From contig NC_042998.1 in NCBI RefSeq assembly GCF_006345805.1, positions 97,960,001-98,024,000 on the forward strand: 64,000 bases of DNA. Direction: 5' to 3'. Under the pieces are notes generated by a model. The model saw nothing but the letters and a program-made list of their open reading frames with translations, was not told the DNA's origin and ran no database searches. A program made the translations under genes and the position numbers. Of this stretch, positions 26,587 to 40,563 are shown piece after piece (position 1 is the first letter of the stretch; the number at the start of each line of letters is the position of its first letter). Origin of the DNA: Octopus sinensis (taxonomy: Eukaryota).

Positions 26587-27317
26587 TGCATGTGTGTCTT
26601 TGTATTTGTCAACAGCTGATTGTTTTTTTTTTCTTATATTCTTGTAACTTAGCGGTTCCGCAAAAAAGAGGATCAATTCCAGACTTAAAATAATTACTGA
26701 GAACGATTTGTTCGACTAACCGCACAAGATGTTGCTCCAGTATAACCGCAACCCAATGCCTGAAAGAAACAAAAGACTAAATGAGTTAAAGAATACACAG
26801 AATAACATATGCTATCAGGTTTACGCAGTTACTTCGCATATCTGCTGACTTCAACTGAAGAATTTAACAATATGACTGTGAATAACCGAATTGTGAGACT
26901 TTGTTGATGGGAATTTATTAACTACAACCCTTTGATGCGCGTTTTGAAAACAATGACAAAAAGATTTATGAAGTGTCCTAAAATGTCGATATTACTCATT
27001 TTTGTGCAGAAATTCCATAACTTTGCCGAATATCTCAGTAAAGCCAGGACGATTGCAGTTAACGTTGTGCAATTAAACTCAAAGGTGTGCGCGTGCATGA
27101 GTGCGTGCGAGCAAGTGTGTATACGTTTGCGAGTGTGTATGCGTATGTATGTATGTATGTATGTATGTATGTATGTATGTATGTATGTATGTATGTATGT
27201 ATGAATGTATGTATGCATGTATGTATGTATGTATGTATGTATGTATGTATGTATGTCTCTTCTACTGGGAAGGGAGCCGGTTTCCAATAAAGATATAGTT
27301 AACACAGACAAATTCAC

Positions 27318-27352
<35 letters not shown>

Positions 27353-27401
27353 TGTATGTATTATGCATGTATGTATGTGTAATTATACATACACACACAC
27401 A

Positions 27402-27414
27402 TTACAGACAGACC

Positions 27415-27510
<96 letters not shown>
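27402..27510. repeat. (GATA)n microsatellite
   Basis: Directly visible. Confidence 0.95.
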
Positions 27511-27512
<2 letters not shown>

Positions 27513-28199
27513 GTGCGTGAGTTCCATCCACCCTAATGCACAGCAAGTTTTCTGCATAGAAAATATGTAACTGTCAACATTCATAGTGAATCTTCCGTAT
27601 CAAGAATTCTATTTCTTATGTAATCTATCAAGTCCAATTTATTTCAAATGTACAAACACTAATATTGAACTATTTCTTAAATTTCTGTGTACACGTGCGC
27701 GTATGTGTATGTCTGTATCTACACATACACACACCAATGTACACACTTACACACATAAATACATATATACACACGCACAAAAAACATGAATATGTGCGCG
27801 TGCGTGTGTGTGTACGTGTGTGCACGTGTACGTGTTTATGTGTGCATGTATGAATGCAGTTGTATTTATATTCAGATATAGTTAAGTGAACATATATGTG
27901 TGTATAAAAGATCCGTCTTTTAAAACAACGCGTCGACGAGCCGGCGCAGCATGCCGGCTAACTGCAGTGCTGTGTATGGGTAACCTTGGCCTTTAGATTA
28001 ATGATAACCGCATCACCCATCGATAGTTAGTCATCGATCTACATGAGCTAAAGTGAAGTATGTCAACTACACTTGGTACTTTGTCCCTTGTTGAACAATG
28101 AAGGATTTGGACGAGTGGGGTATTCATGTGAAATTATGTTTCAATTTGGGAAAGTAATTACTGAGACTTTTCTAATGCTGCAACAATCCTATGGAGGAG

Positions 28200-29290
28200 A
28201 TTGTTTGAGCCGTGCACAATATCACGAATGATACCAGCATTTGAAATTGAGGAGAACATCTACCGAAGACTATCCCAATTCTGAGCAACCTTACAGGATA
28301 GTAGACGACGTTCACACTGTTTAAGTGCGTGATTTGATCAGTGAATATTGTCGCCTGACTATCCGTGAAGTTTCTAAAGTAGGCCTGTGCAAAACTTCGT
28401 GCCACAAATTTTTAAACAACGCACTGGTCCTGTAATATATATCTATTGAAAGCGAGTCAATGCATACATTGATCATAATTGTTCCCTTGACGCATGAGGC
28501 CCCTGGCTCTAGTCAGGACCAGAAGGGAGTTGTTTGATCGTTCGAACGTTTATGCAAACTTCCCGGAAAGTGTCACATCAGGTGACGACTAAACGTTGGT
28601 GTACCACTAATGTTGGAACCAAAAGGCAGCCGTCGCAGTAGGTTGGATCATCGTCACTGTGACAAAAGAAAGCACACCAGAGGTGCTTAAATGGGAAGTT
28701 GATGTTGATCGACATTATTTTTTATTGGAAAGGCATTGCATCATAACTTTGTCCTGCGTGGTCAGATGATCAATAAAAAGTTTTATGTGGAAGTTCTCGA
28801 CCATTTGAGAGAGGTATTATGAAGGAATGCGCCTAAACCATGAACAAAAACCTTGATATCGCGCCATGACAACGCATCTGCTCAAGTGACGCCCTTATCG
28901 GTAACTTTTTGATAAATCACGAAACAAATGGAAACTTCCTGCTTATGGAAACTTCTCGGAACGTGTCACATCAGGTGACGACTAAACGTTGGTGTACCAC
29001 TAATGTTGGAACCAAAAGGCAGCCGTCGCAGTGGGTTGGATCATCGTCACTCACCCTGCTCTCTAGATTCGATTCCTGAAAATTTTTTTCTGCTTCCAAA
29101 GTTGAAAGTCCCCCTGCGAAGCAACCAGTTTCAAGCGATAAAAGATATCGACGATAATTCGTTACAAAAATTGCGTACTAACCCTGAAAACATGTTCCAG
29201 AAAACTTTCAAAATTGGGAGTGATGTATCAAGTGTAGAGGGGACTATTTTGAAAGAGACAAGTCTAGTTAAAAGTAAATCGATTAACTTA
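28200..29290 (+). mobile_element. Highly degenerate mariner transposase remnant with an internal 109-bp duplication
   Basis: VTSGD (gtcacatcaggtgac), HDNASA (28866-28883) and PCSLDSIPENFFLLPKLK (decayed YSPDLAPxDF motif). Confidence 0.7.
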
Positions 29291-29454
29291 TTTCTTTTTT
29301 TAACAGTTTCTTTTATGGACAGTACTTAATAAGAGAAAAAAGTAGTGGGATCGATTTATTCGATTGAACCCATCAAGACAGCTCCACTGTTGTTGTTCTG
29401 TATATCTTTGCCGATAATATTATGTATATTCATTAGCATTGTTCATTGTACATG

Positions 29455-29610
29455 AGAGCGGCGGGGTGGAAGAATGCTTAGCAGCATTTCTTCCGGCTTA
29501 CGTTCTGAGTTCAAATTTCACTGAGATCGATTTTGCCTTTAAACCTTTCGAGATCGATAAAACGAGTACCAGTACCATGCTTTGAGCTTATAGTAGGAAG
29601 AATTATTCAG
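29455..29610 (+). mobile_element. SINE family A, partial
   Basis: atgcttagcagcatttc...acgttctgagttcaaat...gatcgataaaacgagtaccag. Confidence 0.7.
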
Positions 29611-29835
29611 TTCTGTATATCTTCACCGCTTTTCTTTTTTTATACCTTTCCGTGTTCTGTACACCTTCACAGGTGCTGTTCGATTTAACTTCTTTACTTC
29701 ACTGTGTAATTTCATTGCCCAGCAACTTTGCTACTTCTGATGCACAGCAAAGCATGTTTTTGTTATTTCTAAATGATTCTGTTGACGACGGAGCATTTGT
29801 AAACGTAATAAATTAAACGAGGCATAAGTGAGTGA

Positions 29836-29866
<31 letters not shown>

Positions 29867-30479
29867 TGTGTGTGTGTGTGTGTGTCTGTGTGTATGTGTA
29901 AAGAAAAGCTTTTCTTTTAAATATGTTTGCGTAAAATTTTTTTATAAAGGAATTTTTTTCCATATTTTCTTATCAGTTCTATATGTTTTAATTACATTCA
30001 GTCCATTTACGTTTCTTGTCCTTTTCATTAACATTTATAGTCATTCTCATTGACATCTCTGCTCCTCCCCTCATTAACATTTCTACTCCTCCTCATTAAT
30101 ATTTCTTCTTCCCTTAATTAACATTTCTATTCTCTCTCGGTCACATCTTCTTGACAGCGTGTAGACTACAGATCGGTTTTATTGCCTCGTTTATGTATTA
30201 AGCAAGAACTAATTAAAAAGAAATAATGAAAAAATCCTTAATAAAAAAAAAAAATTTGAACACCGTTCTGTCTTGAATAGCACGCACACACACACACACA
30301 CACATACATACTGAGACACAAACAAAATTGTTTTTGTTAAAAGAGCACAATGTTGATAGAGTCAACTTGATGAAATCTTGTTTTTATAGTTTCTCGCTCC
30401 TCCTCTCTCTCTCCCCTTACCCTTCTCCCCTTCTTTCCCTCTCCCCCTCTCTTCCTCTCCCTCTCTCTCCCTCTCTCTC

Positions 30480-30682
30480 CCTCTCGCCCTCTTTCCAATG
30501 ATACACGTGCTTTTCTCCAGACTATCTGCTCCTTCCTTCCTTTCCTCCTCTCTGGACGTTTTCCTCTTTCCGATGATGAGCCATACCCGAAACGTCATTT
30601 CTACCGAGCGTCAATCTAATTATATTCAATTTGTACGTCTAATTCACTTTTGTTTGGTTTTCCTGTTTTTTAATCGTTTATT
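30480..30682 (+). mobile_element. Penelope-like terminal remnant with hammerhead-like motif
   Basis: gatgatgagccatacccgaaacgtc...ttctaccgagcgtcaatctaat parallels the minus strand of 10960-11035 (gaaacgta...ttcccgagcgttatctaat). Confidence 0.5.
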
Positions 30683-30694
30683 TGCACACACACA

Positions 30695-30726
<32 letters not shown>

Positions 30727-30825
30727 TGTATATATACATATATAATTAATTAATTATTAATTAATAAATTTATGAATTTGCCTTCTTGGCTTCAACGCTT
30801 GCTGGCCACTTATATTATTGCTATT

Positions 30826-30892
<67 letters not shown>

Positions 30893-31157
30893 TCTTTATA
30901 TATATAATTCGAATTTGACAGCGGAACACGAAGTAGATAAATCTAATGGCAGTGCATCAGCATGGCCGCAGCTCTGAGCTGAAAGTATAGAAAATAAATA
31001 AATAAATAATAGCGTGTGAATACTGGGATAAAAAAAAGACTCTTTGGGGAGGAAAAGTCGCGGCTGCCTGTGGGATTCGAACCACGGCAGTCTTCGACTT
31101 TTCTTTCGAAAGAGATTTTACGCCAATATTTATACGCTATTGTTTATAGCTTTATCA

Positions 31158-31368
31158 AGGTGGTGTGCTGGTAGAATTGTTACCGCACCGGGCAAAATTT
31201 CGTCCTATCTTTACGTTCTGAGTTCATATTCTTACGAAGTTGACTTGGCCTTTCATCCTTTCGGGGTTGATGAAATAAGTATCAGTTACGCACTGGGATC
31301 GATGTAATCGACTTTGCCCCACCCCTTAAACTTCAGGCCTTCTGCCTATAATAGAAAGGGTTATTATA
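31158..31368 (+). mobile_element. SINE family A
   Basis: gctggtagaattgttaccgcaccggg...gcctttcatcctttcggggttgat...caggccttctgcctataatagaaagg. Confidence 0.8.
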
Positions 31369-31784
31369 GGTTTATGTACTTCGAGATCCACCGTTAAAAT
31401 CGAATTATCACACACACACAAACGATGGTTGTTTCGAAAGTAAGGCAAATGTGCCCATAACGTCTTTATTAACTGGCATATGGCGTTCAAATTGCACATG
31501 TTGACAGAGAAACTCTTCTCCTCTGCAAAGGTACTACTCAACATAGTCTCCATAACAAGCGATGTGTTTGCGTCATCGTTAAAACACAAGTCTTGAATCC
31601 TCTTGTACAGTGGGGAGAATCACAAACCAGTCTAATTTGGCGAATGGCTGCTTTATTGACAAAGATGTGTGTAGTGGTGCATTGTTATGAATGTGAATAG
31701 CTTTCAGATACTTGTTTTGGTCTCTTTCTTCTAATGGCTTCTTTAATCTTCTTTTAGTATCTCAATGTACCATTCGCTGTTCAC

Positions 31785-31950
31785 TAGGGCCGGTTCAAGG
31801 TACTAGCAATTCGGGAAGTCACCTGGGGTTCTATGTGCTAGGGGGCGCCAAGGAGGGCGTGACAAAGACAAGGAGATTTTCACGACCGTCAGCTTGTACG
31901 CGCCAGAATTCAGCTAACCCGGGGCACCAACAACCGTAGGACCGGCCCTG
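31785..31950. mobile_element. hAT-type MITE with 8-bp TSD
   Basis: TIRs (t)agggccggt / accggccctg; TSD ctgttcac at 31777-31784 and 31951-31958. A related fragment starts at ~37256. Confidence 0.85.
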
Positions 31951-32059
31951 CTGTTCACGGTACAGCCACAATCCAGAAAATCAAAGAGAATTACATTTTT
32001 GTCATTCCCAAATAACAGTCACCATAGTTTCCAGCACCAACCGCTGCGCGGTTTGTCTT

Positions 32060-32215
32060 CAATACTAGTTTTCTCTTCTTTAAACTTCATCCATCTGTGC
32101 ACATTGCTCTTGTCAATGGAATCCTCTCCGTAAAGTATTTGTTGCTTCCTGTGGATGTCGTACAGCCTGCAACCCTCCTTCGTCAATAACTCAACGACGG
32201 CACGTTGCTTTTGCT
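32060..32215 (-). mobile_element. Mariner transposase N-terminal (HTH) fragment
   Basis: Minus strand translates to KQRAVVELLTKEGCRLYDIHRKQQILYGEDSIDKSNVHRWMKFKE. Confidence 0.7.
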
Positions 32216-32589
32216 AGAAAACCCATTATTTCCCCAATAGTATAGCTAGGTGGGGAGGGAACGGTCCATTCCTGACGATGCTTTTATGGGAGCGGCACTA
32301 GTGGGTCTGCCGTATAAGCTTGAATAGGCTTGGGGGTGGGGACTAGAGAGTGACAAACTCAAGGGCTTCACTGGGCGGTACACGCTCTAGCTACGTCATT
32401 CGTATTTCCCTGCAATGTAGTAGACCAAGAAGACTTATGGGAGAGGAAGAGTTACTCTAACAGCAATGTGCTATTTGAACGACGTGTGGCAGTTAAAATG
32501 TTATGCTTACTTTTGCAATACTTTCTGTAGAACCCTTGTGCATAAATTTGGGTGAGTGAGTGGACATGTGTGCAGGTGCGTATGTATGT

Positions 32590-33025
32590 GTAATCCTTTT
32601 GTCTTCCACTTGTTTCAGTCACAGAACTGCTGTCATGCCAGAGCACCATCTCCGGTACTAACTCTGGCCTTTTTTGCTGAGCAACGAAGTAATGGTGGCG
32701 TAATCAAAACAATACCGGTTGTCAGGAAGTGTAAGGGTACAAATACAAGTACAAAGTCTTCTTCTCTCTCTCTCTTTCTCTCTCTCTCATACACACAAAC
32801 ACACACATATATACACATACATGTACACACACACACGCACACACACACACACACACACAAACACACGAATGGCGTCCACACAGTTTCCGTCGAACAAATT
32901 CTTTCCTAAAGCATTAGTTGGCCCGGGTCTAGAGTAGAAAACACTTGCCTAATGTGCCGGGTGGTGGGACTGAAACTCGAAACCACGTAGTTACAGACCG
33001 AACTTCTTAACCACACAATCATGCA
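32590..33025 (-). mobile_element. SINE family B
   Basis: cttgtttcagtca...accggttgtcagg...acacttgcctaatgtgcc...gtgggactgaa...aaccacac. Confidence 0.75.
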
Positions 33026-33435
33026 ATAACAAGAGGAAGAAAAATAAGAAAGAAAATAGGAATAAAAAAGTTTGCAAGCGACAAAGAATACAAAGCAAAA
33101 AGAAAAAGATAGAGAAAGCGAATGACAGAGAATAAAAGGGAAAAAGAACATAGCTGAAGCAACACGAATTTAATAGGGGAGAGCTAGGTATTACTTCCTA
33201 ATATTTCAGGGAAGAGTAGAAAGGAATATTTTAGGCTATAATCATATTTCTCAAGCTGTCAGTATTATTGTTATGTATGAAAATAGATTAATTATGGAAA
33301 AGAAAAAAAAGAAAATCAGCCATTTTGGGTTTCTTATAATTTCCTTGAATAAGCAGCACACCGCCTGCATTTTTCTGGCTTTCTTTTTACAGATAACAAC
33401 TGCAGCTTTAGAAGTGTGTGTGTGTACGCACGCGC

Positions 33436-33500
<65 letters not shown>

Positions 33501-33594
33501 TATTTGAGACAAAACCACTATTTTGCAAAACAAACAAGGAAAGACTTAATCAATACATAAAATTTAATAATAGTCATGTATATATGTATGTATG

Positions 33595-33686
<92 letters not shown>

Positions 33687-33823
33687 ATATGTATATATGT
33701 GTGTGTGTATATATATATATATTTACACACACATACACATACTTAAATACACATACATACATGCATATACATACATACACACATACATACATACATACAT
33801 ACATACATACATACATACATACA

Positions 33824-33854
<31 letters not shown>

Positions 33855-34954
33855 CTGCAGTTTCGTCAACGACTATTGTCAGTGTTATTTAGACTTAGGC
33901 CTTATCTGACTAAACCTCCGTGTGAGACTTCTTTATTACAACATACGCAATAAACAACAATGGTGTTAGTTCCTGGTGATAAATTTGATATCGAGCTAAC
34001 GTCAACAATAACATCAACTACAATAACAAGAAAAATAACTGTGAAACCAGTCATTATAGTAGTGGTAATAACACTAGTTGTACTTTGAGATATATTTCGG
34101 TTCAAATCCATCAGTATTAACTATGACAAACTTGCTTTCTTGGTGGTAAATGAATACTGCGTCGTATCAAATCTTCTGTATAGATCTTCTCTCTCTCTCT
34201 GTCTCTGTCTCTGTCTCCTTCTCTCTCTGTGTTGAAATCCTTTTAAACTGCAGTGTTTGTCTTGAGAAAGTATCTCTTATTGCCGTATCGTGTTAAAAAC
34301 AGAACACCATTAGTAGCAGTGATGATTACCCAGCATTGGTGGTGAAATTGCGAGATCTAGATTTCTACTTGATAGCTTAATCATTAACAAATATCCACCT
34401 CAAACAAACATCGGCTGTTAGCTGATACATACATACATACATACATACATACATACATACATACATACATACATACATACATACATACATACATACATAC
34501 ATACATACATACATACGTACGTACATACATACATACATACATATGTTCGTACGTACATATATATACATGATTTTTCTTTGAGCTTTATTGAAGAATCTTC
34601 TTCAGAGAATTCAAGTCGGTCGCTAACAAATCGACAAGACTTTTTGGGTTAAGAGAGTTCCCGATGTTTGTATAAATAAGTGGTTGAGTTTGGTGTGTTG
34701 GTTGAATTGCCGATGCATACACCCAAGTGTGTGCATGTATGTATGTATGTATGTATGTATGTATGTATGTATGTATGTATGTATGTATGTATGTATGTAT
34801 GTATGTATGTATGTATATGTGTATGTATGTATGTATGTATGTATGTATGTATGCATGCATGTATGTATGTATGTATGTATGCATGCATGTGTGTATGTAT
34901 GTATGTATGTATGCATGCATGTGTGTATGTATGTATGTATGTGTATATGCATGC

Positions 34955-35758
34955 ATGTTTTATGTTTATCATTGTTTAGTTTTATTTCAAGATTTCTGGC
35001 CAATAGAGAAAGGGCCGCTTTCTAACCTAGATTCAAGGTTCCCTCATTGGAATTTCAACATCAACAGGGTATTTTTGTTTGTTTGTTTGTTTGTTTGTTT
35101 GTTTGTTTGTATGTATGTATGTATGTATGTATGTATGTATGTATGTGTGCAGATTTGTATGTTTTTTTATGTATGTATTCTCATGCATATAGTTGCATAT
35201 CTAGACATGCTCATATATATTTAAATGATAAACTTCTGGAAAGCTTTACAGATTTTTACAGTTTCAGTGATGGATTGGATCTATAGAATTCGAATTATCT
35301 TTCTATTTCTGGTTTTGAGAAGCCTAATTTCTCAAGGCTGGTATTTAGGCAGTGTTTTACATATCCCAGAGCCCCAATAATTACAGGTATAAATGTGAAC
35401 TTATAATCTGGATAGAGTAACTGCAGCTTTCTCAATAATTCAGCGTAGGTGTTCTTTTTCACTGATCTTCAGCTTTATGTTAACATTCGCTGGGCAGCTA
35501 ATTTCCACAACTGTACACAGTTTTTCTTCTCTATCCCAAATTTTTATATCAGTTCTGTTGTGCTTACATTTTATTAAGGTCTTCACTAGGACATTCCCCC
35601 ACTACTCCTTTTTATTATGAGTGACAATGGCTTCTACCATATTGTGGATTCTTATTTCTTTGTCCTCGAGGTTATCCTTCCGACGGATTTCATTATAGAT
35701 TGTCTTAGCTACATCATGTCTCAACGGTAGATAATGTGATGGCATTTTCGGACAACTG
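34955..35758 (-). mobile_element. R4/Dong-like LINE 3' end (RLE endonuclease) embedded in (TACA)n
   Basis: Minus strand: CPKMPSHYLPLRHDVAKTIY...KHNRTDIKIWD...VVEISCP...EKENTY...FIPVIIGALG, then a 3' UTR running into (CATA)n. TATG arrays on both sides. Confidence 0.8.
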
Positions 35759-36261
35759 TATGTATGTATGTATGTATGTATGTATGTATGTAGGTAGGTA
35801 GGTAGGTAGGTATGCATGCATGCATGATGTATGTATGTATACAAAACTCAAGAATGACAATGTATGTACAGCGCCTGTCTAGTGACCTTTATTATTTTAT
35901 AATTTTCCCATTAACATTTTGCTGAATCAGCCATTGATTCTTATGGTAGAAATTATATGCTGACAGGCTGGATTTGACATAACTATAAGCGATGGAGCTA
36001 ATGAGCTTTAATTTCAAGGGAAATTGGTTTACCAATTTAGTATCTTCGCTCGCTGTAAGCGGTTAACTACCCTGTCAGTACATAGACTTGTGCTATGTTT
36101 GTAGCTATAAGGGTCTTTGACTCTTATTTCTAGCAATGTAGGTGCTACAGTGCACCCTCAGTCACTATTAGTGACAACTTAATTCTTCCTTCTTGGTTTT
36201 ATATTGCGTCTAGCCACCTTTATTATGTTTTATATATATACATAGGGAAAGTGCCTTATAT

Positions 36262-36314
<53 letters not shown>

Positions 36315-37784
36315 AAAGTGCCAACCACGGAAATACCTCACTATTAAAAAATACATACCAAATTACAGAAAATACAGCAGACACAATTTTATATTATAAA
36401 TGGTAGGTATAGTTGTGTATATGTGTACAGTACGTTAACTAACACATTTATCAGTAAAAACAGTATTCCGCATTCAGCTGGGTTCGTAATATTTGACGAT
36501 ACTGTGATACTTTTAAGTACATTACCAGCGGACACTACTTGGCTATCTACGCCAGGGCATAAAGTGATCGTAATATCAAGAATAAAAGTAACGTAGTGTG
36601 AGTTTTGGTCTCCCTGAGTAGTAGCCAAATTGGTTGCCCTTTTTCTTAAATGTAATATGCATTCCATTACAGCAAACACACGTATATAAAGTGGCCACCC
36701 TGTGCAATCCGCGTAACTGCATATTTCACGCTACGTCACTGAGTATCAACAAGATCATTTATGCTTTGTCTTGCTGGCAATGTTAAAATCATTGGAGAGT
36801 CTCTTCTATCAATATTCTTCTAGAACTTTCATTATGGGAAGATTCGATGTTCAGCTACACAAAGAAATGAAAGTGTTTTCACTTAACCGTTTGCCCTCTC
36901 AGTAAACTCCTTAATAAATGCTTCTCAACCAATAAGAGAATCTCTACATTAGTCAGGGCAACCAGTAAGACTTTCCAAATGGCATACCTAACGAAAAATT
37001 ACTTCAAATTTTTATAGTAGTGCGATCCCCACCCGATCCTTTGATGCTGAGTCATGTCGCATGCAGCCCGCTCCTCGAAAAGGTTGCCCATGTCTGTTCC
37101 ACATGCTCGCTTGACTTACTGGAAATAGCAGCTAAATTTCTTTCAAATCGAAGTGTACCGTTTTAAATAAAAGGTGATACATTAAATAGTGTAGTCATAG
37201 ATACATTATGCATGAAAAAGAAAACTAGATGGTCATGTCACGAATATCTTTAATTCAGGGCCGGTCCTAATTGGCTGGGTCAGCTGAATTTTGGCGCCAA
37301 GCAGGCCATTTCCACCCATATACACACATGCTGAAAATTGCCCAATTTCCCAAACTAACGCCGGCAAAAACATAACCTCCTCCCATACTTATCTCGACCA
37401 TCGTCATCTTCAAGACTGTTTCTGCTTTCACCACAATCACCTTCAAAACTACGATCGCCACAATCAGTTTCTTTACGCAGTTGAAAATCCATTATCTGAT
37501 ACTCATGAGACCGAGATTGTTGCAGATTTTTGGTTTTTCTAATTTTAGGGTGCTTTATTAAAAAAAGAATTACATCTACAAAACGGAACAGTTTGAGGAT
37601 AGAAACCAGGTCTAAACACAATAGCTTATAGACATACTCTGAATGTAGTTCTATATAAACCTTTAATAATTTTTTTATACTTAAGGCCATCAGAAATGTT
37701 AAGATATCAGCCTCTACTCACGTTGTCATGCTTTGATTAAAAGGTTACAGCATAAATTAGATTACTTGGAAGTTTCGGCCGAAG

Positions 37785-38250
37785 TTGACTCAGGCCATGT
37801 TTAATTTAATAGCACCACCTGGAAGAGATACACAGCCAGCTCTGGAGAACCGTAGCCCATTCAAGCAAAGGGTTATTATTTTCAGAGACATATCTGGGTG
37901 TGGGTGGTTTATCTGGTATTTGTTGGGGGTAATCATCTAGGGATCATTTGAAGTGACTTTCCTCCTTTATGTGTGTCTGGCACGATGTTGAAGTGAGTAG
38001 GGCCAATTGAGGTGAAATAGTTCTGTCATAGTGTTGTGATACGACACGAACATTTCTGTAATGGACGTATAGCACGGAAGCCAAGCCTCGGACGAATTTT
38101 TGAACATGAGCAATGTTGATGGAATATTTTCCACATCATACAGATGATATAGAGCTCACAGCGGCGGTGGAGGGAGCAAAGCCTCAGCTTTTTGAGTCGA
38201 TTCCAATAGCCAAAGCTTATGTCATCCTCTTTGCAGACCTCCGCCAAGCA
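37785..38250 (-). mobile_element. CR1/L2-group LINE 3' fragment
   Basis: ORF 38026-38256 reads YWNRLKKLRLCSLHRRCELYIICMMWKI, matching the Y.ERL..L.LYSL.RRR motif. Confidence 0.7.
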
Positions 38251-38414
38251 GCTCATTTTAAGATAGATACGCGAGTAAAATTACTAATAGAGAAACGAAA
38301 ATAAATTTTGGAAACAGCAACGCCACCATAGGTTACGTTGAAACGATGAACGTGTTTTCAAGGGAGATAATCAAAAACGTAACATTAATACTTCATGTAA
38401 AGTAAATATAACAA

Positions 38415-38608
38415 ATGAAAAATCCTTCAAGAATCCATAAAAATTCCCTGATCTCTACCAAATTTTCATCATCTGTTCCTTGTGTCATTACCAACTTTTC
38501 CTGCAAGATTCATCAAATACCGTTCACAACTTTTTGAGTTATTTTGCACACAGATGGACAAACCAACGCCGATGAAAACATAACCTCCTTCCTTGGTGGA
38601 GGTAAATA
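38415..38608 (+). mobile_element. Helentron/HINE-like non-autonomous element end
   Basis: ...tttttgagttattttgcacacaga...aaaacataacctccttccttggtggaggtaa, with terminal palindrome acctcc/ggaggt. Remnant at ~37355-37385. Confidence 0.5.
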
Positions 38609-40429
38609 TTTTGACAAAGAGTAAAAACTATAACAAGCAGAAATAAAGCGTTTATTATAATGTATTAAATATAAGACTAAAATTGTTTATTTTATTTCTT
38701 ATTTCCACGTTACCCTTTTGTATATGTAAGATCCCAAGGGCATGAACTCTGAGCGACTGTACGAGTTGCCGATACCTTCAGCTGATCTGGAGCAGATGTG
38801 TGTATTCTTATTTAAATCGACAATTTTGAAAACTCGGATCAGTGTTCAGAATCAATAAGCAATTTATTGATTATGTATGCCTATCCATGCACTTGCATGT
38901 GTGTTTTTGTAAAGGGGCGCGCTCGTGTGTGAATATATTGGCAAACAAACTTCTTAATTTTATCTCTGTTAATTTTTTTTCCGGAGAAGAGAAATTAGCC
39001 AAACGCTATTATTTCTCCTAGATACCCTCCTTGTTACCCCTTCCCCTCCAAGCAAAGAGATAATAATAAATGTGGAAAATAACACGGAGCTGAGACTACC
39101 TGGGAATGTTATCGAAATTCTGTTGCTCACTGCCCTCACTACCTAACAAAATATAACACTACAAGGTTATGCAGAGGACCGCAATAATTCAAACGGTGTG
39201 CTCATATGAAGGCGGCAACTCTTTGGAACTTTACACTTTCAGTCGAAGAATATTCCTTGTTTAGTAGAAAATTGAAAATCCAGGTAGATGTACATATGTA
39301 GTGGAACACGCCTATTGTCGAAAACGAAATTCTCAATATCATAACTGAGAGTGCTTTAGGTAGTGTATCAAACGAATGATGAAATGTTCGGGTTTACCGT
39401 TGATAAGAGATCAGATGTAGCGGGAGTAACATTGACTGAGGAAACACATAGTTAGCTCACTTACAGAAGGGAATTGCGTGTTATCAAAACACATCGTCTG
39501 AAAGAAAGAGGTGTTCTCCGATGATGAAAAACACTAGCAATCAGACATTCACGTTCGAATCTGACAGAACATATTAAGAATGAATAGATCTGTTATTCTA
39601 CAAGAATGATCTTCATTGTATATTGCCAGTCTTCATCAAAATCTTCCCACTAGATCATGTTCTGCTGAGAGAATGTAAGCCAGTTTGTCTGTTGACAAAA
39701 TTGCTAACAAAGTAATTTATATTTTTGTTGCTTACAGTTAGTGTCTCGATTAAAGCCTGTCAGGATGAAAATAAAATTTCAGATGAAATCCCAACTGATT
39801 ACTATCTATCTAAGATGTTTCTCATTAGAACACCTGAAATAAATGAGATATTATGATTAATATTATAAAGCGATATGGCATATAGCATCATTTCCGAGAC
39901 ACCAATGTATGCTAATCTAAATTTCGATATTAAAATTAGATTTCATATCCTCTCTAGCATATATAATAATATTGACAACAGAATATAGGTTCTCCAGATC
40001 GACATGTAATTATCAAATATTTCCTGATTGTTGTTTAAACACAGATTAACCCTGATCGAGCAGATATATCGTCAAAAACATACATGCTGTGACCATCGCA
40101 TCTTTATTTTCTCCGTACACCTGTATCCATGAACAAACTTTTCAATGTTTTCATCCTTTTTTAAGATGGTCGAGAGGGATTTACGGGAGATTTAGTTGTC
40201 AATTAATTTCTGAAATGTGCTGGCAATATTTATGAGAGAACTACCTAAAATCACATGGAATACTTAACTGGGAATGGTTGAAAGGTTGGTAAGCATCCAC
40301 GACATACATGTTCATTCTCACTGCATAGTATTTTCGGAAAGTGTCTTTTGCTATAGCCTCGGTGCCACCAAACCAACTTGAGTAAATTTGTTTGCTGGAA
40401 ACTGCACGCTAACCTCCATGTATGAGTTT

Positions 40430-40467
<38 letters not shown>

Positions 40468-40504
40468 CTATGTATATATATATATTATATATATATATAT
40501 ATAT

Positions 40505-40563
<59 letters not shown>

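Noticed and set aside
27925-27970. GC-rich hairpin agccggc-gcagcat-gccggct as a Helitron 3' end
   Set aside because: No clear CTRR terminus or 5' end; too short to support.
30025-30150. Repeated cattaacatttct units resembling a CRISPR-like array
   Set aside because: Degenerate ~22-bp minisatellite without unique spacers, in eukaryotic DNA.
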